DNA of 14,546 bases, from NCBI GenBank assembly GCA_038741355.1, contig JAVYLC010000024.1:8709-23254 (forward strand). Direction: 5' to 3'. Made by a program: the position numbers and the translations under genes. This DNA comes from Nitrososphaerota archaeon (GTDB lineage: Archaea > Thermoproteota > Nitrososphaeria_A > Caldarchaeales > Calditenuaceae). The notes under the pieces are model-generated. The model had not been told where the DNA came from and did no database searches. It saw nothing but the letters and a program-made list of their open reading frames with translations. Below are positions 14,515 through 14,546 of the stretch, one piece after another; the stretch's first letter is position 1, and the number at the start of each line of letters is the position of its first letter.

Positions 14515-14546
14515 AATTGGGGTCGGCCTAGGCCGTCTTATGGGTT

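Noticed and set aside
12454-14536. Shared taggccgt at 12454-12461 and 14529-14536 as possible element ends
   Set aside because: It is only 8 nt and sits in GC-rich palindromic contexts (ggccggcc, cggcctaggccg). That is insufficient to define termini.
1-14546. CRISPR arrays, tRNA or rRNA genes
   Set aside because: There are no regularly spaced short repeats. I saw no T-loop-type GGTTCRAATCC motifs or rRNA-like conserved stretches on either strand.

Overview
This window looks like a chromosomal segment from a GC-rich, probably hyperthermophilic archaeon (Thermoproteota-like). The evidence is gene content (Nop10, Fap7/AK6-like kinase, archaemetzincin, Lhr helicase), TATA-type promoter boxes, TTG/GTG starts and 4-bp ATGA gene overlaps.

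Bases 1-4205 are housekeeping: nop10-like, an HD hydrolase, serS, an isocitrate/isopropylmalate dehydrogenase-family gene, fap7-like and amzA.

Bases 4206-5125 form a small accessory islet with an orphan TnpB 3' fragment and an unassignable 145-aa gene.

Bases 5183-8235 are a translationally coupled three-gene operon. It encodes a half-length, hingeless SMC-like ATPase, a ScpA-like kleisin and a ScpB-like winged-helix protein. It is convergent with a 948-aa Lhr-type helicase.

The most unusual part is the right third:
- A perfect 219-bp direct repeat (10989-11207 and 12030-12248) duplicates the lhr 5' end and a bidirectional promoter region.
- It is followed at 12249 by compositionally different DNA.
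- That DNA encodes an IS110-recombinase-like protein that appears to lack the catalytic Ser and two DEDD positions.
- Upstream of that gene is a roughly 290-nt, very GC-rich, helix-dense leader whose G-U wobbles fit the same strand.
- Downstream of it is a nested hairpin.

I read this as a candidate RNA-associated (bridge-RNA-like) IS110 derivative, possibly domesticated or decayed. This rests on motif recall and hand folding, not on any search.

I found no rRNA, tRNA or CRISPR array.
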